Shown here: piece after piece, positions 21,618 through 33,914 of the stretch
Numbering within the stretch: position 1 is the first letter of the stretch
Layout of the letters: each line of letters begins with the position of its first letter
Source: Tubulanus polymorphus
Lineage: Eukaryota; Animalia; Nemertea
Direction of reading: 5' to 3'
DNA: 64,000 nt
NCBI RefSeq assembly: GCF_964204645.1
Contig: NC_134027.1
Coordinates: 19,554,560 to 19,618,559, forward strand
Notes under the pieces: generated by a model
The model's database searches: none
What the model was told of the DNA's origin: nothing
The model's input: only the letters and a program-made list of their open reading frames with translations
Made by a program: the position numbers and the translations under genes

Positions 21618-21960
21618 TGATGTTAAGAAAAAGGCTAGATCCGAGAAACAAATTAAATGGGCAAGAGAATTAGGTAAAAGATCTTCAGAATTAAAAAAAA
21701 GCTAAGAAAAAGAAATTAACTGATATAAATGAATCACAGACTTTATCTGATAATGATTCAAATAATAATCCATCTGATTCTTCTAATGCTGGAAGTAATT
21801 ATAAATTATATATTACAATTGGATCGGTGTAATATATAAATCAAAATTCAAATCTGATTATAACAATAATGATTCCGATGATAATAAACCTATTATACCA
21901 GAAAATAAGTCAAATCATAAAACCATTGAAACTAATTCTAAATTATTATTAATGGATTAA
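21610..21960 (+). pseudogene. Small basic TM protein, frameshifted
   Basis: Homolog of 1212..1556 with an extra A near 21700 and a deletion in the TM segment. Confidence 0.7.
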
Positions 21961-21966
21961 AATAAG

Positions 21967-23052
21967 ATGAAAAAAGAACAATATTTAAGAGAGTTATATT
22001 ATAACCCAGAGAGTGAAGTATCATATTCTAACGTTTTAGAATTATGGAATAAAATTAAATCTGATAATGGTGGTATAAAATATAGTGAATTGAAATCATG
22101 GTTACAAAATCAACCAACATATCAAATCCACAAGAAAATGGATAAAACTTATTTAACAAGAAAAGTTATGGTTTCATATATCGATCAACAATGGCAAGCA
22201 GATTTAATTGACATGAAGAACTTAGAAGAATACAACAAAGGATATTTCTGGATACTGAATGTTATAGACATATTCAGTAGATACGCATTGTCAATTCCAA
22301 TCAAAAATAAAACTGGTATAGAAGTGACAAATGCTTTTAAATCTATATTTAAAGAAGCTATTCCAGATAAGATACAATTTGATGAAGGTAAGGAATTTTA
22401 TAACAAACATTTCAAAAAACTATTATCTGATAACGATGTAGATTATTTTTCAACACTCTCAGATAAAAAAGCATCTATTATAGAAAGGTTTAATAAAACA
22501 TTGAAAACTAGAATGTGGAAATATTTTACTGCTAATGAAACATATATTTATATCGATGTGTTAGATGATTTGGTGAAAGGTTATAATAATTCTAAACATA
22601 GTTCTATAAATATGAAACCTATACAAGCTAGAAAAGAAGATAATTCAGAAATAGTTTGGAATATTTTATATGGAGCGTTTGTTACACATGATTTCGGAGA
22701 ACCAAAATTTAAAATTGGACAACACGTAAGAATATCTAAATATAGAAAAACATTTTATAAAGGTTATACCCCTAATTTTACAGAAGAAATATTCAAGATT
22801 AAAAAGATAATATTAACTAAACCATTTGTTTATAAATTAGAAGATATAAAAGATGAAGAAATATTAGGTTATTTCTATGAACAAGAATTATCACTTGTAC
22901 CAAATCCAGATGAAATAGAATACAAAATAGAAAAAGTATTGAAAACAAAAACTCTTGAAGGAAGAAAGTATTCTTTGGTTAAATATAAAGGATACGATGA
23001 TAAATTTAATGAATGGATTTTATCTAGTAAAATTAAAAGAATAAATGAATAA
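21967..23052 (+). CDS. rve integrase with chromodomain
   Basis: DDE motifs as in 120..1208; intact 361 aa. Confidence 0.95.
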   Translation: MKKEQYLRELYYNPESEVSYSNVLELWNKIKSDNGGIKYSELKSWLQNQPTYQIHKKMDKTYLTRKVMVSYIDQQWQADLIDMKNLEEYNKGYFWILNVIDIFSRYALSIPIKNKTGIEVTNAFKSIFKEAIPDKIQFDEGKEFYNKHFKKLLSDNDVDYFSTLSDKKASIIERFNKTLKTRMWKYFTANETYIYIDVLDDLVKGYNNSKHSSINMKPIQARKEDNSEIVWNILYGAFVTHDFGEPKFKIGQHVRISKYRKTFYKGYTPNFTEEIFKIKKIILTKPFVYKLEDIKDEEILGYFYEQELSLVPNPDEIEYKIEKVLKTKTLEGRKYSLVKYKGYDDKFNEWILSSKIKRINE

Positions 23053-23656
23053 AGATTTATTGATATTTGAACCGCATAATATGTTAGTTACTGGTGTAAC
23101 AAACTGTGGTAAAACACATTTCATATTAGACTTGTTAGAAACTATTTATAAAAATCATTTTGATAATATAATATTATTTTGTCCTACTTATGAAATGAAT
23201 AAAACATATAATAGAGATATAGTTAAGATAAAAAAGTTTATTATATTAGATCCTAAAACAGTAAAAGAAAATTTAGATAATTGTATAAAAATAGCAATTG
23301 ATACTTATAAAGGATCAAATACATTATTCATTATAGATGATTGCGCAAATTTACATGATTCAAAAGTTAGAGAAAGTGAGTTATGTTATCTAGCTTTCTC
23401 TGGAAGACATTTCGGGATAACAACATGGGTTTTAAATCAAAAATATAATTCAATTGTTAAAGACTTTAGGGAGAATATAAGATTTCTAGTTTTATTTTAT
23501 AACAAAGATAGAAAATCTATGCAACAATCATTAGAAGAAAATCAAATTATACCTACTGAATTACATGATGAATATATGAATAAATTAAAGAATAATAAAG
23601 GTTCAAAATTATTACTGAGACTACAATTTCCCTATGAATATAAATTTATAAAATAA
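23045..23656 (+). CDS. A32/FtsK-like DNA packaging ATPase
   Basis: Walker A GVTNCGKT, Walker B LFIIDD, SGRH arginine finger, VLNQ, FRENIR. Confidence 0.92.
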   Translation: MNKDLLIFEPHNMLVTGVTNCGKTHFILDLLETIYKNHFDNIILFCPTYEMNKTYNRDIVKIKKFIILDPKTVKENLDNCIKIAIDTYKGSNTLFIIDDCANLHDSKVRESELCYLAFSGRHFGITTWVLNQKYNSIVKDFRENIRFLVLFYNKDRKSMQQSLEENQIIPTELHDEYMNKLKNNKGSKLLLRLQFPYEYKFIK

Positions 23657-23671
23657 CTATTTATATATCTA

Positions 23672-23790
23672 TGTATTAGATACCCTATTAGATACCCTAA
23701 TACCTGATACCCCATTAGATACCCTAATACCTGATACCCTAATACCTGATACCCTATTAGATACCTTAAATACTTAAAACCCCCTTTTTT
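23672..23790. repeat. Short tandem repeats (GATACCCTAATACCT-like) between the convergent gene blocks
   Basis: About 8 GATACCC-type units; a related tract lies in element D at ~44225-44305. Confidence 0.75.
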
Positions 23791-23824
23791 ATTTACTATT
23801 ATTTTATACAATTTTCAACTTTCA

Positions 23825-24720
23825 TTACTTTTTGAGTGTTAGATAATTACTTTCTGAATCACTTTCATCATTACTCTCCAATTCACTATCATACCCCATC
23901 AATTTTTTCAAATTCTCTACCGAATTTTCTTCTTCAAATTCTTTATTATTTTTATACTTATTTTTCACCTTTTTTACCGAATCATCAATAGTTGTTTCAT
24001 TGTTATGCTTATTCATCCAATCAAATTTATCATTATTTTCTACTTTATGTTTCATAGAATCTTTATTAGTGTTTGCTCCTAATATTTCATTTACAGTGTT
24101 TGATCCTAATATTTCATTAGCATCGGTTAAATCTAATTCATCTTTATTAGGTGTTGCTAATAAAAAATCTTCATATAATTCTTTACCATTTACTTTTTTA
24201 TTTGAAACAAATTTTGTATCATATCTAAATGGGTGTTCTATAAATTCTCTTCAACCAACACGTTCTATAACATTAGTAATATGTGAATTTGTATTCATAT
24301 GTTTATTCCAATTTGATGGAGCGTTTGAAAATTCACCTTTACAATAATCACAATAATTTCTATTTTTACTAACATTTAATATCATTGCATTATTATATGT
24401 AGTAGGTATTACATTATTAGATGTAGTAGGTATTACATTATTAGATGTAGTAGGTATTACATTATTAGATGTAGTAGGTATTACTGTAGTAGGTATTACA
24501 TTATTAGATGTAGTAGGTATTACATTATTATCAATTACATTACTTAAATTATCAACAACTTCACTTTTATTATTATCGATTTCTATTAGTTTAGTTTTAT
24601 AAATTTTGAAAATAGGATCAAATATCAAAGCTATATTACAAGGTATTACATAATATAAACCATCATTATTTTCATGTGTATCGATTATGGAATATGTTTA
24701 TATACTTTACCTCCTTCCAT
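23825..24720 (-). pseudogene. Low-complexity zinc-finger protein with NNVIPTTS repeats, frameshifted
   Basis: TAAATG start at 24720; ORFs 24251..24628 and 23825..24055; CDYC..HMNTNSH finger; 24-bp minisatellite at ~24395-24530. Confidence 0.6.
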
Positions 24721-24752
24721 TTATATAATATATTTTTATTAAAGTTAAAATT

Positions 24753-25999
24753 TTAATACATAACACTATCTAATTGTGAATTTACAATATTTAATTGCGC
24801 GTCAGATATAATATAAATGTGCATTTTGAAATTTAGACTTCCTTTTTTCTATGTCATGAATAATTGTATTCCATCTTTAGTGTTTTGTAGTTTTTTTCCA
24901 GAACCATGTAATGAATTATCCTCTGTTGTTCTAAAATCTAACCATAATGCATATCTATTGCCGGTATAATAATCAATTTGATTAATATTACAATTTTCAG
25001 ATGATTTCACTTTTTCATTCATAAAATGTTTTCTATTTCTGGCCATTGATCAATCATTCTCATTCCTTGACAAAATATTTTATTTGCTATTCCTTCGATA
25101 GTTATTTCTACTTTTGTTATTTCAGGATTATAATACTTATCAACCTGTATTGCACCATTAGAATATGTTGCAATTGTAAAAAATATTAATATACCTTTAA
25201 TAGATCTTCTTGGGAAGTTAATATTCTCATTAACAATTTCATCATTTGCATTAATATTTACAGTTTTAAATTTATCAATATAATCATATAATAATGAAAA
25301 TCCTTGATTGTATTGAGTTTGAATTGTGTTAGCAATATTTTCATCAGTTACTGTATCATATTCTAAACATATATTCGATAATTTATAACTCATATCTTTA
25401 ACAACGCTAGATAATACAATTTCATTTACAGAAGCAAATGTTATCTCAAATATAATATCTTCTTGAATTGCGTATTTATATAAAGGTGCATTGTTATTTA
25501 TCAATTCAAAGTCTAATGGAATTTTATATTTGCTTCCATAAATCTTTTTTATCAAATTATCTGCGGTACGAGTTACTATTGCGTCATTAGCTCCTGATCT
25601 TAATTTATTATGGTTTTCCGATTGGATGCCTTGAAATATCATATTATTTCTATTTTCTTTTGTTAACTATAAATCTTTATAATGCATAAATAAATTATAA
25701 TCATCTAATGAGATAACTGTTTCTGGACCAATTTTTATAGTTAATTTTTTAATCAAATATCTCCCAACATTATCAACAACATAATTATTATCATGACCAG
25801 TTACTTTTATATCGGCAGATAAATAAATACTATTTGGAACATAAAAAGTATTTTGTGTTAATCGAGGAATTCTAACGTATAAAGTTTCATCGGGATTAAT
25901 AATTGAAGGATTATGAGTAATTATATGATGTGATCTTTCTGCTTTAATAGCATTAGATATTCTAGAAATCTTAGAAGGACTTATATAACTCCCACTCAT
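24753..25999 (-). pseudogene. Major capsid protein (double jelly-roll, hexon-like), disrupted
   Basis: THNPSII..LYVRIP..NVGRYLIKKL, YKIPLDFE, NICLEYD, RSIKGIL, YALWLDFRT..LHGSG resemble invertebrate Polinton-like MCPs (recalled). In-frame TAG at 25667, frameshift at ~25030, further break at ~24850. Confidence 0.8.
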
Positions 26000-26019
26000 T
26001 TATTTAACAAAAAAATTAA

Positions 26020-27462
26020 TTATTTATTTTTTATCATGTTTACTAATCCAAAAATAATTGCACTTACAACTGTAATTAAAAATAAAATAATATGTTCAGC
26101 AGCAAAGTTAAGAATATTCCCTGCAGATTTTAAAACAAACTCAACAATTGATGCAATAACTCCTGGTAATGCTGCAGCAGATTTCTTTGATAGTTCCCAT
26201 AAATATTTTGCTAATTTCTTAAAACCATCTTTAACTTTATCTTGTATAGAATTATTATCATTCGGGGGTTTATCTGGTTTATTTGGAGTAGGAGTAGATT
26301 TTAAAGCATTTGATATTGCTAAACCAATTGTTGTAAATAACATAGTTACAGCTGTTAGAATTGAAAGAATTGTTATTCCTTCAAACTTAAATAATAATTT
26401 TATTCTATCTTTCAATGATATTCTAGAATATGGTTTTATAAGATATCTTTTAAAAACATCCTTTAATCTATCAATATTATAATCATATGATTTTAATAAT
26501 GATTTAATTTCTTCTTTTTGTAATTCTATGTTATATTCTAAATCATCTTTTTCTTTTTCTAAACGTAATTCTTTTTGCCTATATTCTATTTCATCAATTG
26601 CTTGACGATCAAGATCAGATTTTATTTTTTCTATTTCTTTATTTTTATCAGTTAATTCTTTTTCTAAAGTTCTAATTTTTAAATCTCTTATACTTTTATC
26701 ATGCATAATTTTATCAGATGCATGTCTTATACCTTCAATTTCTCTAATTGCTTCATCAGAAAATATATCTAAATCTTCTAATTGTTGATTTGTTGCGTCA
26801 AGTAATCCATTCGGTAAAAGGAGTTCAGTTTGAACTCCTTTTGAATTAGGTTCACTAGTTTTAGAAGTTATATCTTCTTTAGGAATTGTTTCTGGTTCTA
26901 AATTTTCACTAATTATCTTCAAAAAATAATCATTTCTTTGTTTAAATTCTCTTCTTTTTTGATTTATCTCTTCTTCTGTAACATCAGTTATAACATCATT
27001 ATTGATTTTCTTAATTCTAGATTGTTCTAATTGAATAAAAGTTGATTTTGTTATTATTTTATCAAGACTTTTAAGATTTGAAATCTTAAAATAATAGTCA
27101 TCTTTCAAATTCCAATAATAATCACCATTTAAATATTTCAAATCTTTTACTAATTTATCCATACCTTTATTTGTTATATTGAATCCAGATTTTTCTAATA
27201 TTGGTTTGAATTTATCAGCTAATTCTTCATATCCTAAATTTTTCTTTAATAAATCTGGATCTTCATTTTCAATATCTATTCTCGATTTAGCTCCTCTAAT
27301 ATATTCATTAGTATCAGGTCTTGCTAAATTAGAATTATATGCTGTTTCATTACCATCATTAAAACTTTTTTCATTAAAATCAGGTTGTGGTTCATCATCA
27401 ATATATCCTTCATTATTAATTCCCATGTCATCCAATGGAAAACCTTCTCCACCTTCTGCCAT
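26020..27462 (-). CDS. 480-aa coiled-coil protein with C-terminal hydrophobic/amphipathic helices
   Basis: Acidic N-terminus, long coiled coil, GITILSILTAV... and ALPGVIASIV... segments; TAAATG start. Confidence 0.8.
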   Translation of the reverse strand: MAEGGEGFPLDDMGINNEGYIDDEPQPDFNEKSFNDGNETAYNSNLARPDTNEYIRGAKSRIDIENEDPDLLKKNLGYEELADKFKPILEKSGFNITNKGMDKLVKDLKYLNGDYYWNLKDDYYFKISNLKSLDKIITKSTFIQLEQSRIKKINNDVITDVTEEEINQKRREFKQRNDYFLKIISENLEPETIPKEDITSKTSEPNSKGVQTELLLPNGLLDATNQQLEDLDIFSDEAIREIEGIRHASDKIMHDKSIRDLKIRTLEKELTDKNKEIEKIKSDLDRQAIDEIEYRQKELRLEKEKDDLEYNIELQKEEIKSLLKSYDYNIDRLKDVFKRYLIKPYSRISLKDRIKLLFKFEGITILSILTAVTMLFTTIGLAISNALKSTPTPNKPDKPPNDNNSIQDKVKDGFKKLAKYLWELSKKSAAALPGVIASIVEFVLKSAGNILNFAAEHIILFLITVVSAIIFGLVNMIKNK

Positions 27463-27478
27463 TTACATAATACAAAAA

Positions 27479-28869
27479 TTAAAATTTAAAATATAATATT
27501 CCTCCGATTACAATTCCTATACAAGTTATAGCTAATTTAGTATTTTCATGGGATTTATTATCATCATTTAGTTTAATTATATCATGTTGAATATTATCAG
27601 TTTTAATATTTTCTGATGTATTGTAATCTTTTATTTTAGAATCATTATTTAATTTAATATTATTAGTTTTAGTTTCTGTTGATTGAATGTGTTTTTTATT
27701 TTTTTCACCTTCCATTAATTTTGGAGCAGTAATAATCTTTTTATTTATATCATTTAATCCAAATGAATTATTTATTGTTGCAGTTTTAATTAGATTATTG
27801 TAACCAATTATGTTTCCCATCTTTAATACTAAATCATTAGAAATAATTAATAGATTAGGGCCTATACAATAATTTAATCTAATATGTGATTTATCTAAAT
27901 AATTTTGATATCTTATAATGTTTTCTGGAATCGATCTATTTCTATCATTACGAATTGAATCTTCAAATAATACTTTGAATTGTTTCTGTGTATCAAATGA
28001 TGTATTTAAATTTCCAATTATTGGGGATCTTGTTTCAACTTGCGCGCCTAAAATACATATCAAATAAGTTCTAATTGATTGATTTATTCTTTGTATACCT
28101 GATTTTGTAAAACCTTCATTATTTTCTAAAAAATGAAATAAACCCAACCATTATTGTTTTCTTGTTTTAAATTATCATAAAATGTCGGTAATTTATTGAA
28201 ATTTAATGTTTCTAAATCCTTAGTTTCTATTTTACCATAACCTAATTTATTACTATAGATATTATACAAACTATTAGATGGTATGGGAAGTGCACAATAT
28301 CCTGCAATCTTTTTAGGGCAAGGAAGTGATCTTATTGTTCCAATTTTTGTTCTAAAATCAGAATTATTTATATCTATATTAAATTCATTACAAATTTTAT
28401 AAAACTTTGATAAATTAATATTATTATCTAATTCTTTAAAATACCTAGATCCTGGTAAAGCGCACTCTAATTCATTTAATATTATTCTGATTTGAAAGTA
28501 TGTATGAAATCTAAATAAACTTTGAATTAATTTATATTTAGAATTATTCAAATGATCATTCCAACTAATTCCACATCCTGTTGTGGCACAATAAACTGCA
28601 AAATTTAATTGGTTCTGCCAATACTTCATATTAGATTTTAATAACCATTGTTTTTCATCTTTCAATTTTTTAAAATTAATTAAATATACATGAAATATAT
28701 TTTCCATCTTTGCATTAAAATTATTAGTTTCAGTAACATAAATTTCTAAATAAGTTAATGAATCTAAAACTTCATTTCTATATGTAATATCTTTATTAAA
28801 ATCTATTGCTGGAATATTATATTTAATTGATTTATTATATTGGAAAGCTTTTGGAAAACTATCTACCAT
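27479..28869 (-). pseudogene. Conserved Polinton protein (~460 aa) with C-terminal TM, split by frameshift at ~28130
   Basis: ORFs 28126..28869 and 27479..28147; element C reads NNGWVNFILENSEGF through the junction. Confidence 0.8.
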
Positions 28870-28885
28870 TTATATAACTAAAAAA

Positions 28886-29320
28886 TTAATAATTTATTAA
28901 TTCTTTTAATAATTTATCTTGTTCTTCAACTGTTATATGACCATTTAAACTTATTATATAATCTAGTGTATTCTTCAATTTATTAATTTCTTTTATATTA
29001 GTTTTAATTTTTTCTTTATTACTTTTTATATTTAATTTTGAACTTATACCAGTTAAAACGCTTGAACTTAATCCTAATACGCCAATTGATATAGCTAAAG
29101 GTGTTAATGGGCTGAATATTGCTAGAAATGTTATTACAGAACTAATTGTAACCGAACCACTTATAATCAAATGATATATAATTTTACTTTTTAAATATTT
29201 TTTCTTTTTAACTTTTAAATCACTTTCAAATTCTAATATTTGTTTTTCTAAATATATTTTTAATTTAGTTTTATTTATATCATGAGGAATAATATCAATA
29301 TTATCAACTTTATCATCCAT
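28886..29320 (-). CDS. Two-TM small viral protein
   Basis: Two adjacent hydrophobic helices; TAAATG start; homolog in C. Confidence 0.75.
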   Translation of the reverse strand: MDDKVDNIDIIPHDINKTKLKIYLEKQILEFESDLKVKKKKYLKSKIIYHLIISGSVTISSVITFLAIFSPLTPLAISIGVLGLSSSVLTGISSKLNIKSNKEKIKTNIKEINKLKNTLDYIISLNGHITVEEQDKLLKELINY

Positions 29321-29340
29321 TTATTTAGCAAAAAAAATTA

Positions 29341-29763
29341 CTAATTAGTAAACTTATAAGCAACAAATATAACAATAACAGTTCCACCTAAAATCCATAT
29401 TATTTCATATTTCTGTTGTTCTTTACTTGGGGTATAATAATCTGATAATTTAGGTTTGTATAGATGTAATTTTTCTTTATTGGTTACCGCGTTATATAAA
29501 CTCATTGCATCATCAACTGATTGAAAATCTCTATGTGAAATCTTCTGATCATATAATTCTTTATTGATGTAATCCATATAGTTTTGTCTTTTTTCTCTAT
29601 ATTCTTCTGCTGCTTTATTGTATTTCTCTAATGCTAAGTTATGTCTTCTTTGTTCTCCTAATGAACTATTTTTATCAATATGTTTAAATAAATATCCACC
29701 ACCAGTAAATGCCAAAGCGTTAACAATTGCCGATCCTATAATAGTTATAATTGCAGAAGCCAT
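29341..29763 (-). CDS. Conserved Polinton membrane-associated protein (140 aa)
   Basis: Homolog of 6610..7032. Confidence 0.8.
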   Translation of the reverse strand: MASAIITIIGSAIVNALAFTGGGYLFKHIDKNSSLGEQRRHNLALEKYNKAAEEYREKRQNYMDYINKELYDQKISHRDFQSVDDAMSLYNAVTNKEKLHLYKPKLSDYYTPSKEQQKYEIIWILGGTVIVIFVAYKFTN

Positions 29764-29787
29764 TTATTTAGTAAAATAACTACGCAT

Positions 29788-30009
29788 TTATATGGGAGGA
29801 ATATATTTTTGTTTTTCTAAATAATCAATAGTTAAATTAGATAAAGTAACTGCTAATGTTAATTTTAAAATATCATTTATATCAAATCTATCAACATTAA
29901 CACTTCCCATTTTAATTCCTTTTTTTAATACCATTGAATAACCAACAGTTCCAACTGATAGTAATGCGCCATTATATAATCCAGTTATTATCCACTTATT
30001 ATCACTCAT
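29788..30009 (-). CDS. 73-aa hydrophobic viral protein (copy 1)
   Basis: Identical to 34230..34451; degraded homolog at ~7057-7235. Confidence 0.75.
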   Translation of the reverse strand: MSDNKWIITGLYNGALLSVGTVGYSMVLKKGIKMGSVNVDRFDINDILKLTLAVTLSNLTIDYLEKQKYIPPI

Positions 30010-30351
30010 TTATTTATCAAAAAAATTACTATCATCAAAATATTTAGTTAACTTATTTATGATTAATTCAACATTTATTTTATTACTACTTTTATGATTA
30101 TCATATATTTTGGTTAATATGTTTTTAATATCATCAATGATTCCATCTTCATTTAATTCATAATATTCAAAAGGTGATTTAATTAAATCAATTACTTTTT
30201 CTATATTATAATTTTCTTTATTAATCATTGATGCATTGTTAAATGATTTACTTTTTATATCAGTAATTACATCATTTAGTTTAATTCTCATTTCTTTACC
30301 ATGTTTAAAATCAAACCCAAAACATATACTCGGTCCAACAGTTATATTCAT
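30010..30351 (-). CDS. 113-aa hypothetical (copy 1), absent from element C
   Basis: TAAATG start; identical to 34452..34793. Confidence 0.65.
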   Translation of the reverse strand: MNITVGPSICFGFDFKHGKEMRIKLNDVITDIKSKSFNNASMINKENYNIEKVIDLIKSPFEYYELNEDGIIDDIKNILTKIYDNHKSSNKINVELIINKLTKYFDDSNFFDK

Positions 30352-30368
30352 TTATATAGTGAAAAAAA

Positions 30369-31128
30369 TTACTCTCTACATCTTATAACTAATTCATAAA
30401 TTACAGGGAAATTATTTAAATCAATTAAGTGCCCATTATGATTTCTTATTTCTAATCTAAAATTATTAAAACGAGCAATGTATGGTTTGAAATCACATTC
30501 TGTTAAATAATAATTTATTTGCGTTCCAAATTCTTTAACATTCTTCAATGGTAAAATGTTTAGTAAACCAGGATTACAAGTTATATCTTTAGTTGCTCCG
30601 AATGTTTTTGTAGGATCGATTAAATTGCAATAAATATAAAAGTGTGTAAAAGGCATTATATTTGGTGTAGCATCAGCATTGCGTATCCTTACATCTGGGG
30701 TTATTCCTAAAATTTTAGCTAAAAGGTTTTTTAACTAGAAATTGATGTTGATCTTCATTACCTAATTTTATTCTTATTTTATCGGAGCTATCACTTTTAA
30801 TCAGTCTTAATCCAAATCCAGCAGATGCACCCATTTTCAACCGAGCTCTTTTATTAATTTCTTGAGCTAATGTTTCTAAATTATATAATCCTGGTTTAAG
30901 ATAAAGATGAAACCATTTACTTTTATTTCTATCATGAATTAAAAAGACTCTATGTTCAATAGTTTTATCCGATACATTGTAAAAAGAATTACATAAACTT
31001 ATATTAACTAATTTTAAATCAACACAATTCTTGAATTCTCTATCTAATTGTACTAGTAAATTATGAGATTTATAATTTGTAAGCCTTCTAGAATCTACAA
31101 ATATTCTGTATTCTTTTAATTCCACCAT
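30369..31128 (-). pseudogene. Minor capsid (penton-like) protein copy 1, +1 frameshift at ~30721
   Basis: One extra A relative to intact copy 34811..35569. Confidence 0.8.
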
Positions 31129-31145
31129 TTATTTTACATATTTTC

Positions 31146-31499
31146 TTATTCGAAATCTATTTCATGGTGCCCTTTTTCATTCTTACCTTTGTATACGAAA
31201 TAGAAATCTCCAGAACATAATTCTTCTAGATCTTCACTTGATAATCTATGAAATCTATCTGGTAAATATGTTCTGAATTTATGTGTATTTCCTTTTAATC
31301 CTTCATATTCTAAGTGTATAACTAATTTATCTCCATAGTTATTAGTAACTGTATCAATATTTGTAATTAGATATTTCTTATGGATTGTTAATTCTGTTAT
31401 TTTTTTGAATTTATAATCTACAGGTTTTACATTTGTGATATCTTTAATTCTATCTAGAAATAATTTGTTGTTCTCACTGTGTGTTTGTTTTCTCTCCAT
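31146..31499 (-). CDS. 117-aa protein, possible OB-fold ssDNA-binding protein (copy 1)
   Basis: FKKITEL..KYLI..VTNNYG..LVIHL..TYLPDRF pattern, next to pPolB; the function is an inference. Confidence 0.55.
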   Translation of the reverse strand: MERKQTHSENNKLFLDRIKDITNVKPVDYKFKKITELTIHKKYLITNIDTVTNNYGDKLVIHLEYEGLKGNTHKFRTYLPDRFHRLSSEDLEELCSGDFYFVYKGKNEKGHHEIDFE

Positions 31500-31528
31500 T
31501 TATAATACATATTTTTATTAAAATTTGA

Positions 31529-33914
31529 TTAACACGTTAGAATTCTTTTCATTATCTCGTTCTCTTTTGTTTCTTCTCTTTTAAATTTTAAGTATTCATC
31601 TAAATTGCAACCATAAGCAACTGTATGAATTCCATCATCTAAAATATATCTTTTATCATCAAATGGGTTTAGACTTATCTTTTCAATTTCTTCAATAAAC
31701 ATTTCATGATCTTCAGATCTTAAACATCTCATCTTATGTTTTCTAACTTCTTCATTGAATATACAATTGATGTAATCTTTGAAATGAATATTCTTTTCTA
31801 CTACACTTTTGGTTATTCCTTTTAACTTTTTAGCTTCATGTTCTTTAGTTTTATATGAATACATTTTAGATCTAATACCAATGAATTCAATCATTTCTTC
31901 ACCACCTAATTCATCTTTGAATTTACCGGGAACTTTTTTATTATCATTGCTAAACAATTCATGATCTTTAGGATAATTACTGAAATCAAATTGATGTTTT
32001 AATGTTTTTAAATCATCTGTTATGTTATCAGTTTTTATTTTTAATATGTAAGAATCGGTATCAAAATATAATATTTCTATATGTTTTTCTCCAAAAAGTG
32101 GTTGTAATACATTATAATAGAATTCATACATTAGTAATTTTGATAATTCTAAAACTGATGCGCCAACATAGATTGGTTTATTAAATTTCATAGAAGTTCT
32201 TCTCATCTTAACTGCGGCTAAATTTTCATCAAATATTCTGTTACCAATGAACTTAGGATATGATTGTAAATGTCTAATTCTTTTACCATTAATGACTAAC
32301 TCAATATCATTTCTATTTCTAATATTTTCACAAGTCTTACCATAGAATGCATTATTCATTAACTTGAAGAAATCTTTTTCGAAATCAGTTTTAGCTTCAG
32401 TTCTCTGTTTGGTGTTAAAATCTATATATTTTTCTAACCACTTAGATTGTCTAAATGAAATATATCTATGTACTTTTTTTAGAACCATTCCTTGATTTAG
32501 ATAAAACTTTAACATTCTATAATGTACTACATAATTATATTTATCTTCTTGAGTTACCATTAACTTTTCTGTATGAATATGATTTTCGGGTTTAATTCTT
32601 TTTTGGTAATTTGATAATTCTTCATGTGTTACAGTTTTGTGTTCTGGACAGTATGCTAGATTTCTAGATTTAAATTTTTTATCTTCAGGATATTCTAAAC
32701 CTACAACAAAGAAGTAACCAGTATCTGAATCATCTGCAATATCTAGAATTCTTTTCTTCCAATCAAATTTATCATTATTTTCATTCTGTAAAACTTCAGT
32801 TAATTCAAATACTCCATAAGGTTGTGGTTCCATCATTGCCCAACCATACAAATTATTTGCATCTATATATAATAACTTATATCCAGGGTTATCATTTACA
32901 TTGAAATATCTATCACCTAATACACCTGAAACTCCTCCTCTTATAGATTTTTCAAATAATAGTAACTGATCTATATTTGTTAACAAATCCATTTTTATAT
33001 CTGTAAATTATAATCCACAATCCCATGTTAATCCTGGTGATGAATAACAATGACAAGGATCAATATTGAAATATTTTAGGTTTACATCTCTAAACCTTTC
33101 GAATATATCGGTTAATAATAATACATCTGATTTTAAATATTTATCTACTAATTGCCCATGATTTTCTATTTTGAAATGATTCCAAATATTCAATGTTCTA
33201 TTATAGACTTCATCTTTAACAAATTCATTTTTTAATTCATCATAAAATTGTTCTTTTAATAATTCAGTTATGTTAAAATCATTATGATTTTTATAAAATG
33301 AATATGGAATTGCGCCTTTATATCTCATTAATTGAAAATCATCATTATTTGGGTAGTGTTGTTTTAATATCTTTAATTCATCATCAACTAATGATTTTGA
33401 TAAGTTATCTAATGAACTATTTAAAAATCTATATGAATCTATAAATCTTAGGCAACCAAATTGGAATGATATATAATTCTCAGATGTTTTAGCTAACATT
33501 CTAAATTTATAAGTTGGTATTTTATCTTTTGATCTATTTGAATTTAATCTTTCTATTTCATTATTAATTTCTTCTATTTTATGGCATAACTGTTTGATGA
33601 ATAAATGTGCATCATATCCTGATAGATTATGAAATATAACTGGTACAAAATTAATTTTCTTGTAAGTTACAATTTTCATGCGCTGCGCCTCTAAACTTTC
33701 CATTCAAATGATCATGATCTCTAACTCTTTTATCTTTAAAATTAAATATCTTTTCACGATAATAACATTTATCTACAAACTCAAATTCTTCTTTATCTTC
33801 TTCTGTCATTATAATTTCTATATTTGTATTCAATAATTTACTAAATCTTATTTCATATTCAATTAATAAGTCACAAAAATGATTGATAACATTTTCATTT
33901 CTATAATGATAATA
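31529..33914 (-). pseudogene. Duplicated C-terminal two-thirds of pPolB
   Basis: ORFs 31529..32992 and 33008..33703 are near-identical to 35970..38144. Confidence 0.9.

Noticed and set aside
26036-27496. Plus-strand ORFs 26036..26482 and 27179..27496
   Set aside because: Antisense to the 480-aa viral gene, with no TAAATG context.
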